Shown here piece after piece: positions 8,979-15,815 of a DNA stretch of 20,000 bases. A program made the position numbers and the translations under genes. The DNA comes from an uncultured virus (IMG/VR IMGVR_UViG_3300005077_000036) (lineage: Duplodnaviria; Heunggongvirae; Uroviricota; Caudoviricetes), in IMG/VR virus record IMGVR_UViG_3300005077_000036; one strand, 5' to 3'. Position 1 is the stretch's first letter. Each line of letters opens with the position of its first letter. The notes under the pieces were generated by a model. That model made no database searches. It was given only the letters and a program-made list of their open reading frames with translations, and had not been told where the DNA came from.

Positions 8979-9681
8979 GGTACATTTTCCCCTTGTGAAT
9001 ACGGTAAGAGCAGCCGCAGTTTTCGTTCGAACAGGTGAGTTTCTCGCTGTCCATGACAAAGCCAGCGAACACGTACGGGGTCACGCCGCCTGCCGACTGC
9101 ATCTGGCGGATCTCGCCGGCACCCCGAGTATCGAGGAACCACTTGCGATGAGAGAACTTCACGTGGCACTGCGCTTGCCCGCTCGGCACGCCTCGCTTCA
9201 CGCACTCCGGGCAAACGAAAATGAGGATGTGCTCCTTGTTGTCGTCGACAATCACGTCGCAGAGCATGTCGATGAGCTTCTCGCTCTTGCCAGCGGGGTA
9301 GTACGTAACGGGCGTCATGGGCGAAAAGACATCGGCGAAGTTGTTCGCGAACATCTTTCCGCCACCCCGCTCCACTGGGATGGACGCGATAGCCTTCTCG
9401 CAATCGTGGACCGCCCGGCGCTCGTTAGAATCATGCTCGAACGCCCGGATGCGGTTGTCTTGCGCCGTCGTGGTTGTGCCACCACGAACGATCGCCTGAA
9501 AAGACCGCGGAACACCACCGCCCTGCGTAAGAAAAGGCGAACGGTCGGTGTCGGGGAGCGGCTCTGTGTCCGCCGCTGGCTCGGGAGGCGCCTGCTCAGG
9601 CTGCGGCGCGGACGATTCAGACGTTGACTTGGAGGACTCGGAGGAGTCGGAGGGCTCGGGGGGCTTGATCTCGCTCGTCAT
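8971..9681 (-). CDS. Hypothetical protein with putative Zn-binding motifs (236 aa)
   Basis: FVCPECVKRG and LTCSNENCGC motifs, with a disordered S/E/P-rich N-terminus. First gene behind the 9690-9731 promoter-like motif. Confidence 0.75.
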   Translation of the reverse strand: MTSEIKPPEPSDSSESSKSTSESSAPQPEQAPPEPAADTEPLPDTDRSPFLTQGGGVPRSFQAIVRGGTTTTAQDNRIRAFEHDSNERRAVHDCEKAIASIPVERGGGKMFANNFADVFSPMTPVTYYPAGKSEKLIDMLCDVIVDDNKEHILIFVCPECVKRGVPSGQAQCHVKFSHRKWFLDTRGAGEIRQMQSAGGVTPYVFAGFVMDSEKLTCSNENCGCSYRIHKGKMYRV

Positions 9682-9689
9682 ACCTCTCG

Positions 9690-9731
9690 TGACTAGCGAG
9701 TGCTTAGCAGAAAGTCAAGCAATTGCTAAGC
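9690..9731 (-). promoter_or_regulatory. Operator-like site plus sigma70-like promoter for the Zn-protein/GT/GT operon
   Basis: The - strand reads GCTTAGCAATTGC-TTGACT-17 nt (containing TGCTAAGCA)-TAGTCA-8 nt-ATG. It is 17/18 identical to 639-656. Confidence 0.6.
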
Positions 9732-9734
9732 GGC

Positions 9735-10169
9735 CTACTTCCGCATGTACAGGAGGGCAGAGAATACAGCCGATACCACCGACGCCGCCGCTCCCACCGC
9801 AGCCAGGGCCACAAGCGGAGCCATTTGCTGCTTGACCCGCGGCTCCAACTTCGCCCAGCTGATCTCGATGACCCGAGACAGCGCTTGATCCATCGCGGGC
9901 CCCACCGCCCCACCGATCAGGTCCGTGAGAGGATCGCCCGAGAGCCCCTGCACCCCAATCGGATATCCAGACGGGTTCGAGTCGAAATACCGCCGACCTG
10001 CCGGCGGAACATTCGACCCCACCATCGAAGGCGCCCCTGCAAGGATCCGAGGGCCGGCCGCCGCCGGGCGCCACGGCGCATGAGGGAAAGCTGCAGGCCA
10101 CCTGCCGTGGCCGTACGCCTTGGAAATGCCTGGGTCGGGGGAGATGGCGTTGATCTGGAAAAAGCTCAT
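9735..10169 (-). CDS. Small membrane protein with C-terminal TM helix (144 aa)
   Basis: LVALAAVGAAASVVSAVFSALLYMRK hydrophobic end with basic cap. ATGA overlap with the J-domain gene. Confidence 0.75.
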   Translation of the reverse strand: MSFFQINAISPDPGISKAYGHGRWPAAFPHAPWRPAAAGPRILAGAPSMVGSNVPPAGRRYFDSNPSGYPIGVQGLSGDPLTDLIGGAVGPAMDQALSRVIEISWAKLEPRVKQQMAPLVALAAVGAAASVVSAVFSALLYMRK

Positions 10170-10777
10170 GCGGCTCGCTCCTGCTGAATCTTCGCGTACG
10201 CTTGTTGTACTCGCCGAAATCGGGCTGCCGCCCGCTTTTTGCTTGCTTCGTCACCCTGCACTTTGTCGGGATGAACCTCAGCGCAAGCTTGCCGGTACGC
10301 GCGCTTCACGTCCACGTCGTCGGCCATCGGGTCGACACCCAACTCGTCGTAGGCTTCGTCAGTCGAAATGCTGTCAGACGCCGCCTCCGCTTCCGAGGGC
10401 GGCTTCCAACGCGGAACATGCGCCCCCGCGACCTTGTGACAATCGAAGCACACAACTTCCGCGGTCATCGCCACCGAGCAGTGACGCAAGCACACAGGCC
10501 TCCCGCACAACGCGCAAGCCGCCACCGCCGCACTCGCACACCCTCCATCCACCGCGCAAATCCGAGACGAAGACAGCACCGGGATCCAACGCCTCGGCGC
10601 CGCGCTGAGCACCGCAAACATCCACGGCGCTATCACGCTCCGTAGCAGCTCCTCGGTCTGCGTCCCCGCGACCTGACTGAAGGCGCCGATGGCACTGCCG
10701 AGCGATTTGGCGGCCTCCGCCGGACTCGCATTCTCTTTGCCGGTGACGATTTCACGAAACAGCTGCGAGAGGTTCAT
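10166..10777 (-). CDS. Zn-finger + C-terminal J-domain (DnaJ-like co-chaperone, class C) protein (203 aa)
   Basis: J-domain AYDELGVDPMADDVDVKRAYRQACAEVHPDK...AAARFRRVQQAYAKI with intact HPD. Upstream Cys/His cluster CAVDGGC..CALCGRPVCLRHC..CFDC. Confidence 0.9.
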   Translation of the reverse strand: MNLSQLFREIVTGKENASPAEAAKSLGSAIGAFSQVAGTQTEELLRSVIAPWMFAVLSAAPRRWIPVLSSSRICAVDGGCASAAVAACALCGRPVCLRHCSVAMTAEVVCFDCHKVAGAHVPRWKPPSEAEAASDSISTDEAYDELGVDPMADDVDVKRAYRQACAEVHPDKVQGDEASKKRAAARFRRVQQAYAKIQQERAA

Positions 10778-10808
10778 AGAGGAACATTACCGCAAGTCAA
10801 AGCGTTGA

Positions 10809-11024
10809 TCACGCCCGCTTGTACGCTCGCCACTTGTACTGCACGAACAGGCATCCACCTACGCCAGCGGCGATACCGATAAGCAGCGGTGCCCACACAG
10901 GGATTTTCATCTGCTCCAGCTGGCGGATGTCTGACGTTCCCAGCGCGCCAGCGTAGCCGGCTGCCCGGAGCATCCCGTTGACCGCGCTAGGCTGCGAAGC
11001 GAGGACTGCTACCGTTCCGAGCAT
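10809..11024 (-). CDS. Small membrane protein (~71 aa, or 54 aa from ATG 10973)
   Basis: TM helix VWAPLLIGIAAGVGGCLFV followed by basic KWRAYKRA. GGAGGA precedes ATG 11024. The longer 11201 start overlaps the neighbouring gene heavily. Confidence 0.6.
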   Translation of the reverse strand: MLGTVAVLASQPSAVNGMLRAAGYAGALGTSDIRQLEQMKIPVWAPLLIGIAAGVGGCLFVQYKWRAYKRA

Positions 11025-11262
11025 CACGTTCCTCCAGCTCAACAAGCGTTTCGACCAGTATCTGGATCTGCTCTCGCTGCTTCGAGTTTTGCTTCTGAAG
11101 CTCGCTTGCGATCCTTGCGAGGCGAAGCGTCTGCTCGGTGTCTCGCTCCCTCCGAACATGCGAGTAGAGCGCCCAAGCGCAACCAAACCCCGCCAACACA
11201 CTCACCGCCGTCAGCGCGTAGACGTAAGCTTGCTCAGTCGAGAGGGTCAGGCGTCCTGCCAT
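10987..11262 (-). CDS. Small membrane protein, N-terminal TM plus coiled coil (91 aa)
   Basis: AYVYALTAVSVLAGFGCAWALY, then heptad-like LARIASELQKQNSKQREQIQILVETLVELEE. Confidence 0.7.
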   Translation of the reverse strand: MAGRLTLSTEQAYVYALTAVSVLAGFGCAWALYSHVRRERDTEQTLRLARIASELQKQNSKQREQIQILVETLVELEERDARNGSSPRFAA

Positions 11263-12005
11263 ACGAGAGGTCCGTCGCCCGTGTAGTGATACGCCCCCAC
11301 GCCCTTGTAGCCGCCAGGAAGCACAAGCTGCTGCTGCGCCTTCGGCACTGTTTTCGGAGACGTTGGGATAGAAGTTGGGAGTGTGACGAAACCAGTTGTA
11401 TTTAGCTGTTTGGCCAAAGCGGGATTCGCAAGAACTTGCTGCTTGGTCACACTCGGCAACTTGTTGAATTCGCTCACATTGATCGTTCGTCCCGGGAGGT
11501 ACAGCGGACCCGCCGTGTTGCGGGAAGGAGTAGAAGTAGCAGGCGCTCGCATCTTCGGCGACGAAGTGGCCGCCGGAGCTGACGGTCCGAGCTTGCCAGT
11601 GACGCCTGGAGAGGCAGCGCGAGACGGTGCCGCTCGCCCTTGAGTGACCTGGGGGGTGCTCGTTTGTGAGGACAGGATCGGAGGGGTCGTGTAAGGCACC
11701 TCCTCCTGCATCGTCGGAGGCACGCTCACGTCGGGAGGCAGCAGGTCGAGTCCAGGATCGATGGGCGTAACATCCCAGCTCTTCCCAGGGATGAGCTTAC
11801 CGCTGAGGATACCCAGCACTAGACCCGCAACGCCTCCAACCACCGGAGCCACCATGCCGTACTTGTCTTTCAGCATGTACCCCCCAGCAGCACCCACGAG
11901 CGCGCCAAGTCCACCCCGGATCGCCGCCTCGGACGTGGAAAGGCCGGTGCTTTGCTGAAAATCACCGAGCCCGCTCAGCGTAGTAACACAGGAATTGCAG
12001 CTCAT
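11247..12005 (-). CDS. Membrane protein with two glycine-zipper TM helices and Pro/Thr/Ser-rich tail (252 aa)
   Basis: GGLGALVGAAGG and VVGGVAGLVLGILSG helices, N-terminal CxxC then LSGLGD. ATGA coupling with the upstream gene. Confidence 0.78.
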   Translation of the reverse strand: MSCNSCVTTLSGLGDFQQSTGLSTSEAAIRGGLGALVGAAGGYMLKDKYGMVAPVVGGVAGLVLGILSGKLIPGKSWDVTPIDPGLDLLPPDVSVPPTMQEEVPYTTPPILSSQTSTPQVTQGRAAPSRAASPGVTGKLGPSAPAATSSPKMRAPATSTPSRNTAGPLYLPGRTINVSEFNKLPSVTKQQVLANPALAKQLNTTGFVTLPTSIPTSPKTVPKAQQQLVLPGGYKGVGAYHYTGDGPLVWQDA

Positions 12006-12901
12006 CTCTTTCTCCGTTTCGACAATGATCGCATGCTCGCCCTGACAAGCGCAAACGCGGCGACCGCACTCGCCCCTCCAATCAGAATTGACTCACCAGA
12101 CACGGGACTCTTGCTGCCCGGACCTTTTGCGCCCGGAGGAAGCTTACCGTCGCCGCCCACGTCGATGAGCGGAAGCGGGTGAATGCCTTCCCACGGCTCG
12201 AAGCCCGAGCCCAAGCACCATCCCTGCCCAAACTCCCCCCAGTACCCTGAAGAGCTGTACGACCAAGCCTTGCTGTCCGTGTTGATGCTCCGCTGCGTGA
12301 ACCGCCCCTCTCCCACTCCCATCACCTGGTAAAAAGGCTCGATTTTGCTCCAGTATCGGAACAGCTTCACCATGATGTCGTCGACCTCGGGCTCGCCCCG
12401 AAACACGTCATCAGCTGCGATAGGAAGTACGCCAACCTGATAGACGCTCGGAAGTGAAGATGTCCTCGGCGATGCCGTCGCGATGATCTGAGACCACTCC
12501 TTAGGATTCGGGGAGGCGAACCCGCCGGTTCTCACCGCGGTCACAATATCGATGTACCAGGTCGCATCCCCGGCAACTTTCTCGTCTGTCCACGGGTCCC
12601 CCAGCGACGTCCAGGCACCCTCCGTGTATCGAAACGTCGAGCCCTGCTGCACAGGGTGCAGACAGATCCCGAGAACGTCGTACAGCTCCACGTCCCCTGA
12701 AGCTGCCCACGCGGCCATCAGCCCAGTAGTAGCAAACGCCTTCGCCGCCGATCCAACCGGCGCAGACTTCATCCAGTTATCAATGACGATGCGGTGAAGG
12801 TAGACGGTCCCTGACTTGAAGTTCGCCACTCCAGTCTTCGCCAGGAACGCCTTCGCGTCGATGGTGTCGATCGCGCGATAAAACAGGTCGTCATGAAACA
12901 T
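12002..12901 (-). CDS. Hypothetical protein with C-terminal membrane anchor (299 aa)
   Basis: Trp/Gly-rich globular region, P/G linker, ILIGGASAVAAFALV plus basic tail RSLSKRRKR. GAGGCGG SD-like sequence upstream. Confidence 0.8.
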   Translation of the reverse strand: MFHDDLFYRAIDTIDAKAFLAKTGVANFKSGTVYLHRIVIDNWMKSAPVGSAAKAFATTGLMAAWAASGDVELYDVLGICLHPVQQGSTFRYTEGAWTSLGDPWTDEKVAGDATWYIDIVTAVRTGGFASPNPKEWSQIIATASPRTSSLPSVYQVGVLPIAADDVFRGEPEVDDIMVKLFRYWSKIEPFYQVMGVGEGRFTQRSINTDSKAWSYSSSGYWGEFGQGWCLGSGFEPWEGIHPLPLIDVGGDGKLPPGAKGPGSKSPVSGESILIGGASAVAAFALVRASMRSLSKRRKR

Positions 12902-12903
12902 AA

Positions 12904-12978
12904 AGCCGCCTCGCTACTACCAGGGTGCTGGTGTGCCTTTTCGCTGGCACATTCAGACGCAGAGTAAACGAGGCGGCC
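12904..12978 (-). promoter_or_regulatory. Structured intergenic RNA (three-way junction) occluding the RBS of the 12901 gene
   Basis: Closing stem GGCCGCCUCGU-U-UACU / AGUA-GCGAGGCGGCU, with inner hairpins GUGCC/GGCAC and ACCAG/CUGGU. Confidence 0.55.
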
Positions 12979-12985
12979 TATGCCG

Positions 12986-13834
12986 TCACTGTCGCACGGT
13001 TGCCGCGATATCGTCCAGTAGCTTCGTTACAAGAAGCTTCGAGCTGGTGAACCCAGCCACACGCGCCTCGACGAAAGCTATCGGACTTTCTACCGGCCGG
13101 AAAACAGCTCCCGCAATCCGGAAGCTCATGTCGTCGATGAGAATGTGAGACCAAGGCGCACCCGTCGCGCCGAACTTCCGGGTGTTCTGGGGTTGGAGCA
13201 GACGACCAAACCCGGACGCACCGCCATACGCTAGCAGCCCCACGTCGGTGAAGTAGGCCGCGGTCAGATCACTCAACTTCGGAATGTTGGACCGCTGCTG
13301 CGGGTACGCACTCTTGTCCGTGAGCGGAACGGGCGTTGGAACGAGCTGGTACTCCAGCAGACCTGGGCTCGTTCCCGCCACGTACACCGCGTACCCCATC
13401 GAGCCTGAGAATCGACCCGGCCCCCGCGGCACGTAGTCGTAGGAAGCTGCTCCCGAGAAGCCATACACAAGAACCTGGTACTCAAGAACGATGAGCGCCC
13501 TGTCCTGCCCCGGCTGCTCGTTGATCAGCTCGAAGCGGGTGTAGCTCGACGGCGTGCGCTCGGGAGCGAACCACGCCTGCGTGGGCAGGATGCGGCTCGT
13601 CCGTTCGTACGGAATGAATTCCGGATGCCGGGCCACTTGTTCCAGGAACGCACCCACTGGGATGGTCTTCATCACAGAGGGAAGCTTCGCAGGTTGCGCC
13701 TGGGATTGCGCGCCCTGAGACGCCGCCTGCGCCCGAGGGAACGGGACGCGGAACGACCCAGCTGGCGGGCAACCGGGCTGCTGCGGAGCTGCTCCTAGCC
13801 CCGCTGCCTGTCGCTGCTCTCGGGTAATGGTCAT
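12986..13834 (-). CDS. Beta-rich hypothetical protein, candidate minor capsid protein (282 aa)
   Basis: Alternating hydrophobic strands (ALIVLEYQVLVY, MGYAVYV, SFRIAGAVF, IAFVEARVAGF) and a flexible N-terminus with AAGLGAA. Third gene of the beta-rich trio. The CDS is solid but the product is inference. Confidence 0.5.
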   Translation of the reverse strand: MTITREQRQAAGLGAAPQQPGCPPAGSFRVPFPRAQAASQGAQSQAQPAKLPSVMKTIPVGAFLEQVARHPEFIPYERTSRILPTQAWFAPERTPSSYTRFELINEQPGQDRALIVLEYQVLVYGFSGAASYDYVPRGPGRFSGSMGYAVYVAGTSPGLLEYQLVPTPVPLTDKSAYPQQRSNIPKLSDLTAAYFTDVGLLAYGGASGFGRLLQPQNTRKFGATGAPWSHILIDDMSFRIAGAVFRPVESPIAFVEARVAGFTSSKLLVTKLLDDIAATVRQ

Positions 13835-13842
13835 GTGCTACC

Positions 13843-14814
13843 TCAGCCCGGGACGCGCACTCCCGATGGATGCAGAATTCGATACCCGAAATACCCGAGC
13901 TGAAGGATTCCAGCCGGGGATCGAGTCACGGTGTCGGTTGCGCCTGTCGTACACAACCAGGAATCATACTTGATCCCTTCGTGCCCGTCATACTGACCGG
14001 CCAAAAACGGCATCGCTCCAACCAGAGCGTCGATATTTCCAGCCGCCGGGTTGTTGACGTGCGTCGGCTCCGCCCAGAACTCGATCGTCTCGCCTCGCTC
14101 GAAATAGTCGAGCACCGGCAGCTGCATCATCGACTCAATACCGGGGGCCCAGAGCGCAAGCGGAACGTCTTCGTTCTGACGAGGGAATACCGTGTTTCGA
14201 ATACCGCAGTACCCGTCGAAGCTCATGGTGCGGAACGGGCTGCGATTCGTCGGGCGCTCCGTAAGAGCCGTGACCGGGGTCGCATCCGAAGCTCCACACC
14301 CCTCCGCCGCCAAACCCGACCAAGCGTACGTCTGCTGCCAGCCTTGCTGAGCATCCATGAAGTCGATCACGCTCGATACCGGACGGAAGCGGCCGAAGCT
14401 CCTGCCGACGTACGTTTCGGAAGTACCATCTTCCACGACAGAGAACGTGTAACTGGAAAGGAACGTCGCGTACCGCCCGACCGCAACGAACGGGCCGTGC
14501 TCCGTCACGGTGTAAGAGTTCTCCACCTTGCTGGTGGAGTTCGGCGCGATGCGCAGCTTGACGCTCACGTCAAACGGCACGCGCCGCCCCGGGATGTCTT
14601 CGATGTGCAGGACGTCCGGAAGCCCGATGACGGTGCCCATTCGGTTGGTGGAGTACCTCACCCCAGCAACCAGGCCCGACATCTCCCCGCGGAGCTGCGC
14701 CCGCGCAGCTCGCTCGTTTTGCAGCGCTTCTCCGAGCTTCTGCGCAGCCTCGTAGGCCTTGCGAGCAGTGGAATTCGCTGAGTTGATGGCATTGAGAATC
14801 TCATTGATGTTCAT
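13843..14814 (-). CDS. N-terminal coiled coil plus beta-rich domain, candidate minor capsid/vertex protein (~323 aa)
   Basis: AAGGAG 5 nt before ATG 14814. Helical first ~50 aa, then strands VPFDVSVKLRI, PFVAVGRYATF, ETIEFWAEP and ILQLGYFGYRI. Product is inference. Confidence 0.5.
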   Translation of the reverse strand: MNINEILNAINSANSTARKAYEAAQKLGEALQNERAARAQLRGEMSGLVAGVRYSTNRMGTVIGLPDVLHIEDIPGRRVPFDVSVKLRIAPNSTSKVENSYTVTEHGPFVAVGRYATFLSSYTFSVVEDGTSETYVGRSFGRFRPVSSVIDFMDAQQGWQQTYAWSGLAAEGCGASDATPVTALTERPTNRSPFRTMSFDGYCGIRNTVFPRQNEDVPLALWAPGIESMMQLPVLDYFERGETIEFWAEPTHVNNPAAGNIDALVGAMPFLAGQYDGHEGIKYDSWLCTTGATDTVTRSPAGILQLGYFGYRILHPSGVRVPG

Positions 14815-14875
14815 GGTCACTCCTTCAGGGAGACACGCTCGAAGAGCGCGAGATCAGGTGCGCAGACAAGGCTAC

Positions 14876-14913
14876 GCCCCCGCGCGAAATCCTGTCCAGG
14901 TTCGCACGGGGGC
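14876..14913 (-). terminator. Strong GC-rich hairpin downstream of the candidate major capsid gene (attenuator or 3' stabiliser)
   Basis: The - strand reads GCCCCCGUGCGAA-CCUG-GA-CAGG-AU-UUCGCGCGGGGGC: a 13 bp outer stem with one G-U. No long U-tract on the - strand. Confidence 0.55.
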
Positions 14914-14944
14914 TTTATGGAAGCTCGCTGGTGAGGGAGGCGGC

Positions 14945-15709
14945 CTACTGGACGTCGCGCGAAACGAGTCCGTCGAGCGTCATCGAAACGACCTTCGCGA
15001 TCGCGTCGACGGCGTTCAGGTTGTGAATCGGGTTCGTCATCGTACGACCCTGAGCGGTCGACGTTCCGAACACGGTCCCCTGACCGGCTTCGGGGTAGCT
15101 CATACCCGTCACCGACACCTTGATCGTCTGGCGAGGGGTGATCGTGATCGCCCGAGCCACGCGCAAGATGGAGGTGTGCGACGCCTGGCCGTTGTGGAAG
15201 TGGATGAGGTCGGTCGCGCCGCCGACGTCGCCCTGGAGGCCGCCGCCGTACGGGAAGTAGATCGAGGGCATGGAGCGAAGGCTGTCCTTCTCACCCGCGC
15301 CCACGGTCCAGAACAGACCCTCGCCGCACTGCCAGTGCAGACGGTACACGTCGTTGTAGTTGCCGATCGCGTTGCCGAGCGCGGGCTCGTTGGCCGCATC
15401 CGGCCAGTCCCACGCATCGCCGAACGCCGTCGAGCCGACGTCGCCGTTGAGGATGACCCCGGCCGCGTCGAGCGAACGCATCACCGGAGCGCGGAACCAC
15501 TGCAGAACGCGCGCCGCCAGGATGATCATGGAGGAGTCGTTTGGCAGCTGAGCCGACGTCTTGAGGTTGGTGAACCCTTCATCCCGACCCTGCGTGATGA
15601 ACAGGTCCGTGGTCGCCGACAGCCCCGGGTTGTGCAGACCGGCGGTCCGGATGAGGGCGTCACGGTACGGTTGATGGATTCGCTCACGGAGGTTGACGAT
15701 TTTTGCCAT
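14945..15709 (-). CDS. Candidate major capsid protein, single jelly-roll type (254 aa)
   Basis: Good SD (GGGAGAG), strongly GC3-biased codons, flanked by hairpins, directly downstream of the Arg-rich core-like gene. Beta-strand pattern with QPYRD...LF...TNL...QLP...NG...ITITPRQTIKVSV...MTLDGLVSRDVQ. The fold call is recalled resemblance, not a verified hit. Confidence 0.55.
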   Translation of the reverse strand: MAKIVNLRERIHQPYRDALIRTAGLHNPGLSATTDLFITQGRDEGFTNLKTSAQLPNDSSMIILAARVLQWFRAPVMRSLDAAGVILNGDVGSTAFGDAWDWPDAANEPALGNAIGNYNDVYRLHWQCGEGLFWTVGAGEKDSLRSMPSIYFPYGGGLQGDVGGATDLIHFHNGQASHTSILRVARAITITPRQTIKVSVTGMSYPEAGQGTVFGTSTAQGRTMTNPIHNLNAVDAIAKVVSMTLDGLVSRDVQ

Positions 15710-15815
15710 GATACTTTCTCTCCCGGACGGTCAGGCATTCCGTTGATAACGCGGGCAGGTACCGCTCTGCCGTCCTCATGGCCCGAAGGCCGTTGACACA
15801 CAGTCGCAACGGCCC

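Noticed and set aside
10778..10800. TTGACT (-) upstream of the J-domain gene as a third copy of the promoter motif
   Set aside because: It lacks the GCTTAGCAA part and is only 23 nt from the ATG, so a -10 would overlap the start codon.
12904..12978. Hammerhead ribozyme or tRNA interpretation of the junction RNA
   Set aside because: CUGAAUG and GAAA do not match the CUGANGA/GAAA core placement. No T-loop, anticodon arm or CCA.
13870..15796. Long + strand ORFs 13870-14781 and 14759-15796
   Set aside because: Antisense shadows of GC3-biased - strand genes. They have R/H/V-rich non-protein-like composition, while the - strand genes have SDs and coherent operon structure.
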